A stretch of DNA of 64,000 nucleotides from Octopus vulgaris. Lineage: Eukaryota. Positions 1-12,299 of the stretch are shown here, piece by piece. The notes below the pieces were generated by a model. It made no database searches, was not told the origin of the DNA, and was given only the letters and a program-made list of their open reading frames with translations. The DNA is taken from positions 49,724,001 through 49,788,000 of the forward strand of contig OX597827.1 of NCBI GenBank assembly GCA_951406725.2, written 5' to 3'. Every line of letters begins with the position of its first letter. Positions within the stretch are counted from its first letter, which is position 1. The position numbers and the translations under genes are program-made.

Positions 1-247
1 GTTTGTCTGTCCTTGTTTATCCCCTCTGTGTTTAGCCCCTTGCGGGTAGTAAAGAAATAGGTACTTCGTCTGCTGTTATGTTCTGAGTTCAAATTCCGTC
101 GAGGTCGACTTTGCCTTTCATCCTTATGGGGTCGATTAAATAAGTACCAGTTACACACTGGGGTGGATGTAATCGACTTAATCCGTTTGTCTGTCCTTGT
201 TTGTCCCCTCTGTGTTTAGCCCCTTGTGGGTAGTAAAGAAATAGGTA
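1..247 (+). mobile_element. tRNA-derived SINE family A (Nin/Deu-type central domain), tandem partial units
   Basis: B-box-like gagttcaaattcc, central gtcgactttgcctttcatcct...gtcgat..aaataagtaccag and tail tttagccccttgtgggtagtaaagaaat. Many copies in the window. Confidence 0.85.
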
Positions 248-603
248 TGCCTTGCCAAAGGGCAACCCATAATTATGCAGAACATAGTCATCACTTAAGG
301 AGGTATTTTCAAAGTACTAGCATAGCCAGACACACATACAAAGTATCAATAAAGTAATGCTGGAAAAATACATCATTTGTGGCCTCATACCTCTGTTAGA
401 AATTATTTTTATTCTTAGTTTAAACTCTGCAAATACTGACTTTGCTTTTCAGCCCTATAAGTTTGATAGAACAAGTTTCACTGATGCATTTTAGGTGAGG
501 TTGGAGGTGGCTAGTGCAGATACTAATAAAGTTATCCATACAATTTTGTGTTTATTTCTACCATCCTAATTTTAACTTTAAATTTTTTTTTCTACCTGAT
601 CAG

Positions 604-787
604 ATAAAATTTCGGTCGCAGATCCTGATGTGACTTCTTCAAACCATTATTCTGTACATCTTGATTGGTCTTCTTCTCTGCTCCAGTTCAAATACCACAT
701 TCTAAATGAAACTGAGAGAATCTACACCATTGCACAGCAATGTGAAGGTCATATTGAACACGAAGATGGCTGGAAAAATGTATATAT
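604..787 (+). CDS. FANK1: FANK1-like coding exon, first half of the FN3 domain (internal exon; start exon lies upstream of the window)
   Basis: cag acceptor at 601-603 and gtatgt donor at 788. Reads KISVADPDVTSSNHYSVHLDW...GWKNVY, resembling human FANK1 PVVGKVTHHSIELYW...YGIIY (recalled sequence). Phase 1 in, phase 2 out. Confidence 0.8.
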
Positions 788-2205
788 GTATGTACACTAA
801 TATGTGCTGATTTATCTTGTAGGATAGTTAACTTTAAAATTTAAAGACGATTTCATTTATATGAAAATAGTTATTGCTGTTGTTTAATCCAGTTTAGCCT
901 TGATACAGGAGACATATAATCAAAGACATTCCAGCTGTGACATTCCTGTTTTTTTTATTCTTACAGAGTGTATTTATGTTAATATTATCTAATGTGTCTT
1001 TCTTTGTCAGACCTGATTCAGTAACCTTATTATTAAAGACATTCTAGTTTGAACAATCTGTGTTTTATTTAATGTGATTTTCCATTTTTTTTAAGATGAT
1101 AGGATGTAAGATGAAATAAATTTGGCTGCTATTTCAGGTAGATTGAGCAGATGCATAAATGATTCTATATTCCTTCTCTCCATTGATGAAATTGCATTAC
1201 TGCTGCTGACCTTAATCAAATAGTACTGTTCAGTCAAGGTCAGCTGCACATTAAACATTACTGAAAACAATATAAACTATTGAGTGTAACTTTTATTGCT
1301 TTTTGCTGATGTGGTATAAATTAGATACAGTGGCTCTGAAGTTAAGGTGATTCACAACTGATTGCATAGCCACATGTCCAATTCTTATTCCATATAGATG
1401 CTAATCATTTACTTTCATCAACTGAATGATTTTCTGATAACAATCTTCACAGCAAAACTAAGTATATTTACATGCACTCTGATATACAGTGTGGTACAAT
1501 ATATGATTAAGCTTTGTATGTATCAGAATATATTTTTTAGGAGTTTGTGCCTAAATTAGAGAATATAGTATTTTATACCAAGCCTGAAGACAGTTTTTAC
1601 AAAGACTCAAAATTACTAGAAGCTAGTTTTTTATCACCAAATTTTCTCCACAACAAGACTTAATATATTTACATACCTACAATAAACATCTGCTGTAACC
1701 ATGCCATCTTTCCTGGAGGTTTGCATCCAGAGCTTGGACATCCGGTATATTCATCTATTTTTAAGACTGTAGGATAAAACTTGGAGCAAATCTAAGAGCT
1801 GTTGCATGCACAGAATATATCATGTAATGTACTAGTAATAATACTTAAAATCATAAAAGAAAATACAAACCTTATTTTAATTCACACTATAGAACTTACT
1901 CTAAGCCAAACTTTATTGTAGAGTGGATATAGTTGATGTTAGTAAATCACTGATACTTTCTTAGTTGACACTGTGTGAAGATGGAAGGCAAGTTTGACAA
2001 CCGCAACATCTGAAGTCAGAGCTAAGATTAAATACAATTAAATCTTATATCTAGCAGCCTACTATTTCTGCTAACTCATTGTTCCATCATCCTCTTGTTG
2101 TGGTATTGTCATAATTACTCAATGCACTACACTGGTGTGTATGTGTGAGAGAGAAAGATGACAACCAAATAATAGACAAACTATATTATCTATCTTTTTT
2201 TACAG

Positions 2206-2333
2206 AGGATATGGTGAACATACAGTTGTGATGGATCTTAATGCATGCAGTCAGTACATGTTTCGAGTTCGATTTCATCGAAGTGATGATGATTACACTT
2301 ACTGGTCACCTCCAGCAAAAATTTTCACAGCCA
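2206..2333 (+). CDS. FANK1: FANK1-like exon, second half of the FN3 domain
   Basis: tttttacag acceptor and gtaagt donor. Reads GYGEHTVVMDLNACSQYMFRVRF...WSPPAKIFTA, matching [21 protein letters not shown]. Phases fit both neighbours. Confidence 0.85.
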
Positions 2334-2351
2334 GTAAGTAAACAGTTTTCA

Positions 2352-2780
2352 TCTTTTTTCATTTCATCTCATCTAGTTTCAGCTCACAAGCTGTGGCCAT
2401 GCTGGGGTACCGCCACTCGGTGTTGCTACATGATTTTACTTCATGAATGCTTTTTAGCAATTGACATTTGGTGCATGAGAGAGTTTGATGCAGCTGCCCT
2501 CATCTGCACCTCCTGCCGTAAAGTTGGTTCATCTGGGACACCTGACAGGAAGAGGTCCAGCTTTATTTTAAAGACATCTGCATCCACCCCATGCAGGTCT
2601 CTCAGGTCCTTCGGGAGGATATTGAAGAGCTGTGGACCTCTGAAGCCCAGGCTATCGCAGTATCTTGTCCTACATCTTGATGGCGAATTTGAAGTCCTTG
2701 GCACTATGCAGTGGCGCCCAGTTCTAGTATTTGTGTAACTCTCGATGCCAAAGTTTGGGACAAGTCCTTCCAACATCTTA
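2352..2780 (-). mobile_element. 3' end of a CR1-group LINE, 5'-truncated
   Basis: ORF 2441..2776 (LEGLVPN...GPQLFNILPKDLR...FKIKLDLFLSGVPDEP) is a typical ORF2 C-terminus. It is followed by the tail ggcggtaccccagcatggccacagc...tgaaactag and an A-rich end. Confidence 0.8.
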
Positions 2781-3989
2781 AATTATTTTATTATTTTTAC
2801 TGTTTTATTGGTTCCAGGGAGTTAGAAAGTCTTCATGCTGGGCTTTTTCTTGTGATTTTTTTCTTCACATCTCTAATATTTACAAATTTTCTGTGAATGT
2901 TAAATTTTTGGAGGATTGGGTTGATATTTTGGCTATGGTTAACATTTATGGTTCACTTAACCTGAATGAGCTCTTCATCTTCATCACTCTGAGAGGTGGA
3001 GCTAATGTTTGATGAGGAATACATTGTTAACATGACGAGCCCCTTGATTCCAAAGGTCTTCATGGATTGTTATATTGAGTGAGTGAATTTTAATATTTGT
3101 GTGTGCATAAATGTATATATTTGTTTTCTCTTTAACAATATTTCACTTCTTTGTGCATGTGAGTGATTACAGATTAGGATGTGTGAACATTTATCACCAC
3201 CATACCCATTCTCCTCTTCATCCTCCTCCTCATCATCATCATTCTAGTCATTGCTAAACCCTACTTCTTCCTTGCCCCTTTGTCCTCCCTTTAATTATAA
3301 TCAAGATCATCATTTCTGCCATCATCATTAATTTTTAAGTCTATTTTACCAGTCTGGCATCAATTGGACAACTTTACAATTCATTCACTCACTGTGCATC
3401 TTGGCTTTACTTCATCTCTTCTGTGAGATATCCCATGTTCTCAGTCAAAAGTTTTGACTGGCTTCTTCCCAAGTCCACCTTGTATCTCAGGTAATTCCTG
3501 TTTCTACTCTGAGGGCACATTTGGAGGTGTTTTAGTTACTTACTCTCTCTCAGCTAGATGTTCTTCTTATTGATAAGCACTCAACCATGAACTAAGAATA
3601 GAAACTGTGGTTGTCAGTCAGACAGACTAAGACAGACACACACATTCATGCACACTCTGCTCAAGCTAACAAGAGACCTGCACAGTTGCCTGAGTTGCTA
3701 GAACTAACAGCAAATTTTCCTTCACATACACTGCACCGTTATAAAAAAAGGAAAGAACACACAAGATAATATAGTCCTAGATACCTGGGATGGTCACATT
3801 TTGGAATGCCTTCACTTACAGGTCTTCTCTATCAAGGTTGACCTAAAGTACAATACAAAGAACAACAGCAACATAGCTCTATTTTCATTTATTCTTTTTT
3901 CATTATTAATTTAGATAATTAAAATTGATCCACAACAGACTCCAGAAGTAATTTTTGAAAATTCTGGTGATTATATTTAATTAAAATTA

Positions 3990-4208
3990 AGGTGGCAAGC
4001 TGACAGAAACGTTAGCATGGGCGAAATGTGTAGCCATATTTCGTCTGCCGTTACGTTCTCAGTTCAAATTCCGTCGAGGTCAACTTTGCCTTTCATGTTG
4101 ATTAAATCAGTACCAGTTATGCACTGGGGTCAATATAATCGACTTAATCCGTTTGTCTGTCCTTGTTTGTCCCCTCTGTGTTTAGCCCCTTGTGGGTAGT
4201 AAAGAAAT
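3990..4208 (+). mobile_element. SINE family A copy
   Basis: Aligns to the 24067 copy. Flanked by a probable TSD, aattaaaattaag. Confidence 0.85.
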
Positions 4209-4284
4209 ATATATTCAATTAAAATTAAGTTAGTGATTAAATATATAAATTGATTTCATCCATTCAAATTTCTTTTTTCTATAG

Positions 4285-4366
4285 AGGAACCATTCTATGG
4301 AGAGAACTTACACAAAGCTGTACGTCGCCAGAAAATTCCCGAAATTGTGGATGTGCTAAATTCTGG
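4285..4366 (+). CDS. FANK1: FANK1-like exon, FN3-to-ankyrin linker
   Basis: ctatag acceptor and gtaaag donor. Reads KEPFYGENLHKAVRRQKIPEIVDVLNSG, resembling REPISSEHLHRAV...ILQGG. Confidence 0.85.
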
Positions 4367-4847
4367 GTAAAGCACTGACATTTCCTCTCTGAGTTTTTGC
4401 TTCTTGACCATCATTATTATTTATGCTAATATTTCTTCTCTTAATTTCATTTTGTTAACTTCTGTTTCATTGTTGCATTGTTAACTCTTGAGTATCTTCT
4501 CTCATCATGTTTAATACCTCTGCTATTGTTGTAATCCTGGATTTTCAATTGACATCTTTAACATCATATTAATCATCGTCACTGTATCATTACCACTTGT
4601 CTTTAATCAATGCAAACACAATCACCATAACCACTACCACTAGCACCATCCTCATTTGTCATTATCGCCACAATTAAGCACATAAATACTACCATTGCTA
4701 TCATTATTTGCAGCAAAGGTAGCATCATCATCTAGCCTAGCAAAATGGTACTTTGAAAGTAATTGAAATTGCTCAATATAGCAAAAAAAAAAAAAAAAAA
4801 AAAAAAAATTCCTATGCCTTCTGTTTTTTCAATATTAGGAACAACTA

Positions 4848-5060
4848 AGGTGACGATCTGGCAGAATCATTAGCATGCTGGGTGAAATGTTTGGCAGCAT
4901 TTTGTCTTTCTTCATATTCTGAGTTCAAATTCTGCCGATATCAACTTTGCCTTTCATCCTCCTGGGAACAATGAAATAAGTACCAGCTGAGTACTGGGGT
5001 CACTGTAATTGATTTACTCCCCACCTCCAAATTTGCTGGTCTTGTACCAGAATATGAACT
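4848..5060 (+). mobile_element. Older SINE family A-related copy
   Basis: Degenerate head and central domain (actttgcctttcatcct...aaataagtaccag). Confidence 0.7.
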
Positions 5061-5216
5061 CAATATTAGGGACAACAGTTTATGAAACTACTATCTATAA
5101 AGGGGCCCTTGGGCCAAACCGGTTTATGACCTTATTTCATCTGGTCTGACATCTTCATTGAAATATGTAACGTTATATAGAAAAATTGTTTGTTTTCCTT
5201 ATCTATCTTTGGTTAG

Positions 5217-5390
5217 TCATCATCATCATCATCATCATTTAACGTCTGCCTTCCATGCTAGCATGAGTTGGATGATTTTGACTGAGGGCTGGCGAACCAG
5301 ACGGCTGCACCAGGTTCCAATCTTGATCTGGCAGAGTTTCTACAGCTAGATGCCCTTCCTAACGCCAGCCACTCCAAGAGTGTAGTGGGT
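5217..5390 (-). mobile_element. SINE family D 3' part with (ATG)n tail
   Basis: Minus strand reads ggcgttaggaagggcat...catgctagcatggaa.gc.gacgttaaatgatgatg. Related copies at about 6455-6670 (+), 27655-28200 (-), 40850-40955 (+) and 56925-57132 (-). Confidence 0.75.
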
Positions 5391-5731
5391 CAATAACGAA
5401 ATTCAGTATCAAAAGATGAAGCAGAAGTCTAATTTTTGCATTTGCCTGAAATGAATCAATGTTTTATATTAATACGAAAAAAAGTGATAAAAAATGAAAA
5501 CTTCTCCAGGTACAGTATTTTAAACAGTAAATTTTTGCACCTTCCTAGATGAATGAAGCAACAGAGACTAACACAATATTATTTACACAAAACATTAAAA
5601 TAATTTTTAAAAAAAGAAGTATTGATTGTATGATTTTAGTTTAATTTATTATTTGCTTCGACCAACAGAACTCAAAAACATCTCTTCTACATCTTTCTAT
5701 CTTGCCCCCCACTCATGGTTCTTGCATTGTC

Positions 5732-6148
5732 TACCTATTTCTTTACTACCTACAAGGGGCTAAACACAGAGAGAACAAACAAGGACAGACAAACGGATTA
5801 AATTGATTACATCAACCCCCCCAGTGCGCATCTGGTACTTAATTTATCGACCCTGAAAGGAAGAAAGGCAAAGTTGACCTCAGCGGGATTTGAACTCAGA
5901 ACGTAATGGCAGATGAAATACCTCTTTCTTTACTACCCACAAGGGGCTAAACACAGAGAGGACAAACAAGGACAGACAAACGGATTAAGTCGATTACATC
6001 GACCCCAGTGCGCAACTGGTACTTAATTTATTGACCCCCGAAAGGATGAAAGGCAAAGTCGACCTCGGCGGGATTTGAACTCAGAATGTAACGGCAGACG
6101 AAATACAGCTACGCATTTCGCCCGGCATGCTAACTTTTTTGCCAGCTT
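5732..6148 (-). mobile_element. SINE family A head-to-tail dimer
   Basis: One full unit (about 5921-6148) plus a headless second unit (5732-5920). Confidence 0.85.
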
Positions 6149-7326
6149 GCATCATCTACCTGTCAACCCTACCTGTTTTGGCAGTCTGCTTCATTCTTCT
6201 CATACAATCTTGCAAACCATCCTCACCCACTTCTGAGTTTGTGCCTTGTGGTGACACCTGGACACCTTATCCCCATTATCTATCTTTTGCAGCTTCTACT
6301 GATCATTTTCTCTTTCTTCCTCCTTTCCCTCTTTCTCCTACTTGATGTCAGTAGCCATGCAGATCCCTCTGCAAGAGCCTGTTATTCTCCTCCCTAATAA
6401 TTCCCTTATCCCCTGGCATGAAGCTACCCCCCCCCCCCACCACCACCTCACCCAGGGTTTGTAGTCTTGCAAACTGCATGGCAACCCCAATAGTGTAGGT
6501 GGCACAAAAAAAGTATCCACTCCATGCTATAAAGTGTTTGATGTTAGAAGGGCACCCAGCTATAAAAACTATGTCAAAGCCAACATTGGAGCCTGATGCT
6601 GTCCTTGGACATATCAGATTTTGTCAAACCATCTAACCTGTGCCAACATGGAACATGGATGTTAAATAATGGTGGTGATAGTGTCGGTGGCGGTCGTGGC
6701 AGTGGTGGACAATAAGAAGAGCACAATGCAGTTGTAATAGATTGTTTATTGGCTTGAACAATATTTCGACAGCTCAGCTGTCTTTTTTCAAGTTCAAAAT
6801 CTAAAATGTTTAGCAAGTTCTGTCGAACTACTGCTATTGTGCCTGACATCATACTTGTGCCCATTGAGTCTTTTGTTTAGAAAGGTACAATGACAAGTAT
6901 GATGTTAGGCACAATAGCAGCAATTCGACAGAATTTGCCGAACATTTTACATCAAGTACATGTTCTCAGAAAATATTCTGAACCTATTACACTTTCAGTT
7001 CTCAAAATGCAAGAGGACAAATATGTTTGAGACATGTACTCCTGTATGATAATATTTCAAGAACTGGTAGCTTCCTTTCTACTATAAATATCAATTAGCC
7101 TCAGTCTCATATTTTGTGTTATTTTTTTTTAAAAAACAAAATCTTGTGTTCCTTATTCTCCAGTAACTAATGATGACAATATGGTTGCAGTGAAAATGAA
7201 GATGAATATGAATGCTAATGATGATAAATACTAATGATAATGATCTTAGTTATGGCCATGAAGATCATTAATCTGATTATTATACTGAAAGTGATGAGGA
7301 TTAAGATAGCGATGGTTAACAATGAT

Positions 7327-7764
7327 GGATCTTTGCCGTTTGAACGGCAGTTTTTTAAAATAATTTCCACGTAACTAAACACTTTTAAACTTCGTATACT
7401 GGTAGAATGTGCTTATAAAGCATCTTTTTCTCTTGCCTTTATTGAGAAAATTCTATAGTTTGTAAGATATTTGTTGTTTTTTTCCTTCAATTTCTGCAAT
7501 TTCAACCAATCAATGACCGTCTATTGAGGTGAAAACATTCTGTGCCGTATGAATATGTCTCTCGTTTAAGAAACAGATTGGGTTTATTTACATTTCTGAA
7601 GAAAAAAAGATACCCTTCCCCCCACTCCTAACCCTAACTTACCCTAACTAACCCTAACCCTAAAACAGATTGAAATGCAATAGATCGATACTAGGGTCAT
7701 AATTATGGGTGACAATTTCATATGACACCGCTAGAAAAAACTGCCGTTCAAACCGAAAAGATCC
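7327..7764. mobile_element. MITE with GG...CC termini and 8-bp TSD (Merlin-like), carrying telomere-type repeats
   Basis: TIRs ggatcttt..gtttgaacggcagttttt and aaaaactgccgttcaaaccgaaaagatcc. TSD ACAATGAT at 7319-7326 and 7765-7772. Internal CCCTAA repeats near 7626-7663. Confidence 0.9.
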
Positions 7765-7856
7765 ACAATGATTGTGACAGTAAGATGATGTTAATGAAAA
7801 TAACAATGATTATGATGATTATATAACTGGTGATAGTTTTCTATAATGTATTACAG

Positions 7857-7931
7857 CCATATCACAGTTGATGTGCCAGATAATCATGGTCTAAGTGCAC
7901 TAATGAATACGGCAAAACGGGGCCAACCTGA
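7857..7931 (+). CDS. FANK1: FANK1-like ankyrin exon
   Basis: ttacag acceptor and gtaagt donor. Reads HITVDVPDNHGLSALMNTAKRGQP, resembling [21 protein letters not shown]. Confidence 0.88.
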
Positions 7932-8269
7932 GTAAGTGCCTATTGTAAATATATACTCTTGTGGTGTGTATAATATCTGACACTGAAGTGAAATAGCGAA
8001 GTGGATAAGGTATAAAACTACAAGCTCATAAGTTTTTGAGTTCAAATCCATTTCAGGTATTGTATTTTGTATTTTGGATAGCACAGTTAATTCTAGTCTC
8101 GTTCAGTTTTCTTAGATGTCAGAAATAAGAACTAGAAATACAAAGATAGACCAGCATCATATGAGCCAGAAGCAGATGCACCTCACACTAAAATGATGTC
8201 ATGACACCAAAGATAAATAGTGAAACTTAAAAGCCACTGACTTAGGAATCATTTACATTTGACAGTTAT

Positions 8270-8870
8270 GATACCTTGTGTATATAAAGTCTTTTGATGT
8301 GTACAGTGTGTTGTGGTTATGGAGTGTATATGGTTTTGTGATTATGGTGTGTATAAGATCTTGTAATTATAGTGCCAGCAAAGTCTTTTGTTTGTGGTAC
8401 ATGTGAAGACTTTTAGTTATAGGGTTTCTGTTATGATGTGTATAATGCATTGACCTTATAATTACATGGTGTATAAAGTATTGTTATAACAGTGTGTTTG
8501 AAGTATTGTGATAATGATGTACCTGAAGTCTTATAGTTATGTTGCGTATTAAGATCTTGTATTTATGGCATGTTTTCTCTTTTGTGGTTTGGATGTGTAT
8601 AATGTCTTATTATTATGTGTTCAAGGTATTGAAGTTATGCTTTGTATAGGGTTTTGCAATTAAACCATATCTATATAAGGATTTGTGGGTATCTTCAGTG
8701 GTTAAGATTTATGAAATCTTGTGGGTATCTTTTTGTTGTTAAGATATATGAAGTCTTATGGACTGATGTGGTGTGTATGGAATTTAGTTGTATTCATAAG
8801 GTGTATTCTTGAAAAGTGTTAAATATTAATCTTTTGACATGTGTTAAATCTTATTGTAGGTATAAAGTAT
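8270..8870. repeat. Highly degenerate GT-rich minisatellite with units of roughly 20-30 nt
   Basis: Recurring units resembling aagtcttgtggttatggtgtgtat. Confidence 0.5.
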
Positions 8871-9391
8871 AGTAGTGTGTGTGTATGTGTGTGTGTTTGC
8901 GCACAATCTAGAAATTTTATTTCAAGATATGAGGTCTATGTGTATTTTATGTATATATACAAATCTTGGTATGAGTCTCAACTGTTGGAGCTATAAATTG
9001 TTTTCAGGAATGTCACCTCTAGGCCTTCAAAATATTCTGTGCTTAGTTAGGTTAAAACATTAAATATTAATTATTAAATATTTGAAGTATGTGGTTTTCA
9101 ATTCATATAAAAATACTGATTTAATGCATGAAATTTGAAATTCAATGTATAATTCAGTAAATACTTAATATTTTGAGGTTAGACTTTCTTCCTGCCTTTC
9201 AACAGAAACATACATACATAAACACACATACAGATATGCATACTGAAGTACATGATATGAATAGAGCAGAATACCTTTATTTAATTGGCTAATCTACTGA
9301 CTCTGTAATTCACTGTTTTTTGTATTTATTGTACCATAAGCTCTAGTAAGTAACTGCATCACATTCTGAAATGTCTTCCTTCATATTTCAG

Positions 9392-9457
9392 AATTATGAA
9401 AGTATTGTTGTCTTATAATGCTTCTGTTTCTTGCAAAGATGAAGCAGGGAAAACAGC
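9392..9457 (+). CDS. FANK1: FANK1-like ankyrin exon
   Basis: tttcag acceptor and gtgagt donor. Reads EIMKVLLSYNASVSCKDEAGKTA. Confidence 0.88.
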
Positions 9458-10572
9458 GTGAGTATTTAGAATCAATTCCTTTTCATTCAAAAATAATGAT
9501 GGTACAGGAACAGAAGTTTGATAACTGCATTTTGTCTTGACACATTATAGTAATAACACTAACTTCTCAAAACTTATCACTGGTCAGCTGCCTTCTTTCC
9601 CTAGATTTTCACCCTCTTTGTAGTAACATATTAAATTGGAATAAAATGGCTTGGGATGGTATTTCTCTGGTAGAATGACATAAAATATTTATTTTCCAAG
9701 ATTAAAAGCAAGCCCTGGGTCAACCAACATGAATTTAGAATGAATGAATTTAGTAGACATAAACTGAAAGAAGTAATGTGTGTGTGTGTTTGTGTGTGTG
9801 CGTGCATGTGTGTGTGTGCTTGCGTGTGAGTGTGTCTCCTTGTCTTGCTATTGTGATAGATGTAAATGTATGCCCTTATCATTCAAATGACATCATTCCT
9901 TTCCAATCTTCCCTGAAAACATATCCCAGCTTGGAGGAAATATTAACTTGCTTGAAAATAGGGAAGGATTAGAAGCAGGAAGTGCATTCAATAATGGAGA
10001 AACTGCTTTAATGGATTTTATTTGATCATGCAAGCATGGAAAAGTGGACATGAAACAGATAATGTTTGTGATGATGTTTGTGTGTGAGTGTGAGTTTGTG
10101 TGTGTTTGCAAGGAAATATATTTAACATACTATTAGCATAAATTTTATGGGATCATGCCAACTTTGTGTCCTTCAGTAATAAAAAGATACAATCATTGCA
10201 CATATCAAGAAAGCATTATTGCACTCCACTAAATATGAACAGTGTACTACCAGAAACTCCATGATTATTTCAGATGCTAGGTGTCTCTATCCTGTTAAAT
10301 GCACATCTTCAACATAGCAAAAACTGCAGCACAATGACATGAAAAAAAACAAAAAAAAAACATGAAACAAGAAAACAAACTGAAACTTGAATTTAAAATC
10401 ACAAAAAAATGTTATCATATTTGGATATGCTTGAATTTTATTTTCACCTAATCATTTTTATATAGGGAAATACTTCATCTTCACGTATTTGAAATTTCAA
10501 ACTGAGACAAAAAAAAAAGTTTAAAATGATAGTGAAATATTTTTTTTTTCTATTTTTTTGAGGTTACCCTAG

Positions 10573-10787
10573 TCTAATGCATGCTTGCATTTATGGCCAG
10601 CTATCAACTGTAAAACTCCTGCGCACACATGGTGCAATCTATGAAGATTATGATTTGGGTGGGACTACTCCATTGCATTATGCCATTGACAGCTGCAACT
10701 GTGATCTCATTGAGTGGATGATTACAGATGGAGCAAATGTGAACATTCAAGACAGAAATGCTGGTTGGACTCCATTGATGCGATGTG
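10573..10787 (+). CDS. FANK1: FANK1-like ankyrin exon
   Basis: ccctag acceptor and gtgagt donor. Reads LMHACIYGQLSTVKLLRTHGA...DLGGTTPLHYAID...IEWMITDGA...GWTPLMRC, a close FANK1 match (ORF 10577..10798). Confidence 0.93.
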
Positions 10788-11053
10788 GTGAGTTCTGAAT
10801 TTGTAGTTTCACTCTGTGTTTTGAACATTTTAGGGACCTTTTTATGTGTGCAAAACTGTAGAGTTTAGGGTACATATTGCAGAGATACAGCTACCATCTT
10901 CAATGAAATCTTTTCTGGGACTATACATCATGGATTGAATGTACATCAAGATATGAGTTCTGATGAGTTTTACACAGAAGTTTATGCCAACAGTCTTCTT
11001 GCAAATTAAAGTAACTATTATATTCTCATAGTACATAGCAAATGAACAAATGC

Positions 11054-11092
<39 letters not shown>

Positions 11093-11160
11093 TAATGCAA
11101 TACAAAGTATTGCCTTCCAGTAAAATATCGGTACTTAGTTGTGCCATTTATTTACTAATT

Positions 11161-11195
<35 letters not shown>

Positions 11196-11201
<6 letters not shown>

Positions 11202-11411
11202 TGTTGTGTCTGGGGAGAGTCATTCTTTTAGTGCCTTATAATTTAACACACTCACCGGTAAAATTTTGTGAGTCAAAACTATTGAAAAGTTTGCAAGATG
11301 CAACGAAAATTTTAGAAAAATAAAATAGAAATAAGTGTAAATTTTACCAGCGAGTGTGTTAAATTATAAATCACCAAAAGAGAATGACTCTCCCCAGACA
11401 CAACAGAATAT
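11196..11411. repeat. Fold-back inverted repeat embedded between (TA)n arrays
   Basis: Arm 11196-11267 (tattctgttgtgtctggggagagtcattct...ataatttaacacactc) is the reverse complement of arm 11340-11411. Confidence 0.85.
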
Positions 11412-11463
11412 GCTTCAACACACAAACTCACATAAAAAATCTTACCAACCAAACGCCAAAACG

Positions 11464-11498
<35 letters not shown>

Positions 11499-11921
11499 GA
11501 GAGATTGACAAACAATACAATTCATATAATATCTTGGATCTGAAATTAGATGCATTTATTTAGGTGGTTAATTGGACAAGATCAAAAAATGCACTTAGTT
11601 AACTTCCAGTCCAATTCTATTTGGTAGTAAAAATTCATGACACTTAAAGCCGGTTTAGAAGAAATTAGATATGATATGTGCAGGTAATCACGGATCAATA
11701 TCATAATTGTAAATTTCTGAGTTTGTGAAATTAATTACTCAAAATTTTGGGTTTCCTAAAATTCTTACAAAAGCACTCCTAACCCTTCCCATTATCAATG
11801 TATTCATGCAAAATATTGTTTTAACACTAAATAATGATATAAAAAAACAAGGAAGTAAAACAGAAAGGTGATGACATGGGTACTGTCTTGAAACATACAT
11901 GCTATGATAAACCCATCAAGT

Positions 11922-12299
11922 TGTGGAATTGTGGAAGCACTCCGTTGGTTACGACGATGAGGGTTCCGGTTGATCCGATCAACGGAACAGCCTGCTCGTG
12001 AAATTAACGTGTGAGTGGCTGAGCACTCCACAGACACGCATGCCCTTAACGTAGTTCTCGGGGATATTCAGCGTGACACAGAAAGTGACAAGGCCGGCCC
12101 TTTGAAATACAGATACAACAGAAACAGGAAGTAAGAGTGAGAGAAAGTTGTGGTGAAAGAGTACATCCCTGCCGGAGCCTCGTGGAGCTTTTAGGTGTTT
12201 TCGCTCAATAAACACTCACAACGCCCGGTCTGGGAATCGAAACCGCAATCCTACGACCGCGAGTCCGCTGCCCTAACCACTGGGCCATTGCGCCTCCAC
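11922..12299 (-). mobile_element. tRNA(Arg)-like SINE family C (octopus OR-type), tail type 1
   Basis: Head gtggaggcgcaatggcccagtggttagggcagcggactcgcggtc...ggtttcgattccc. 13-bp TSD AAACCCATCAAGT at 11909-11921 and 12300-12312. Confidence 0.9.

Noticed and set aside
2241-2738. 165-aa plus-strand ORF
   Set aside because: It is out of frame with the FANK1 exon and the rest is the antisense of a LINE fragment.
8270-8870. Regularly spaced repeats as a CRISPR-like array
   Set aside because: Eukaryotic intron, degenerate units without unique spacers, and no cas genes.
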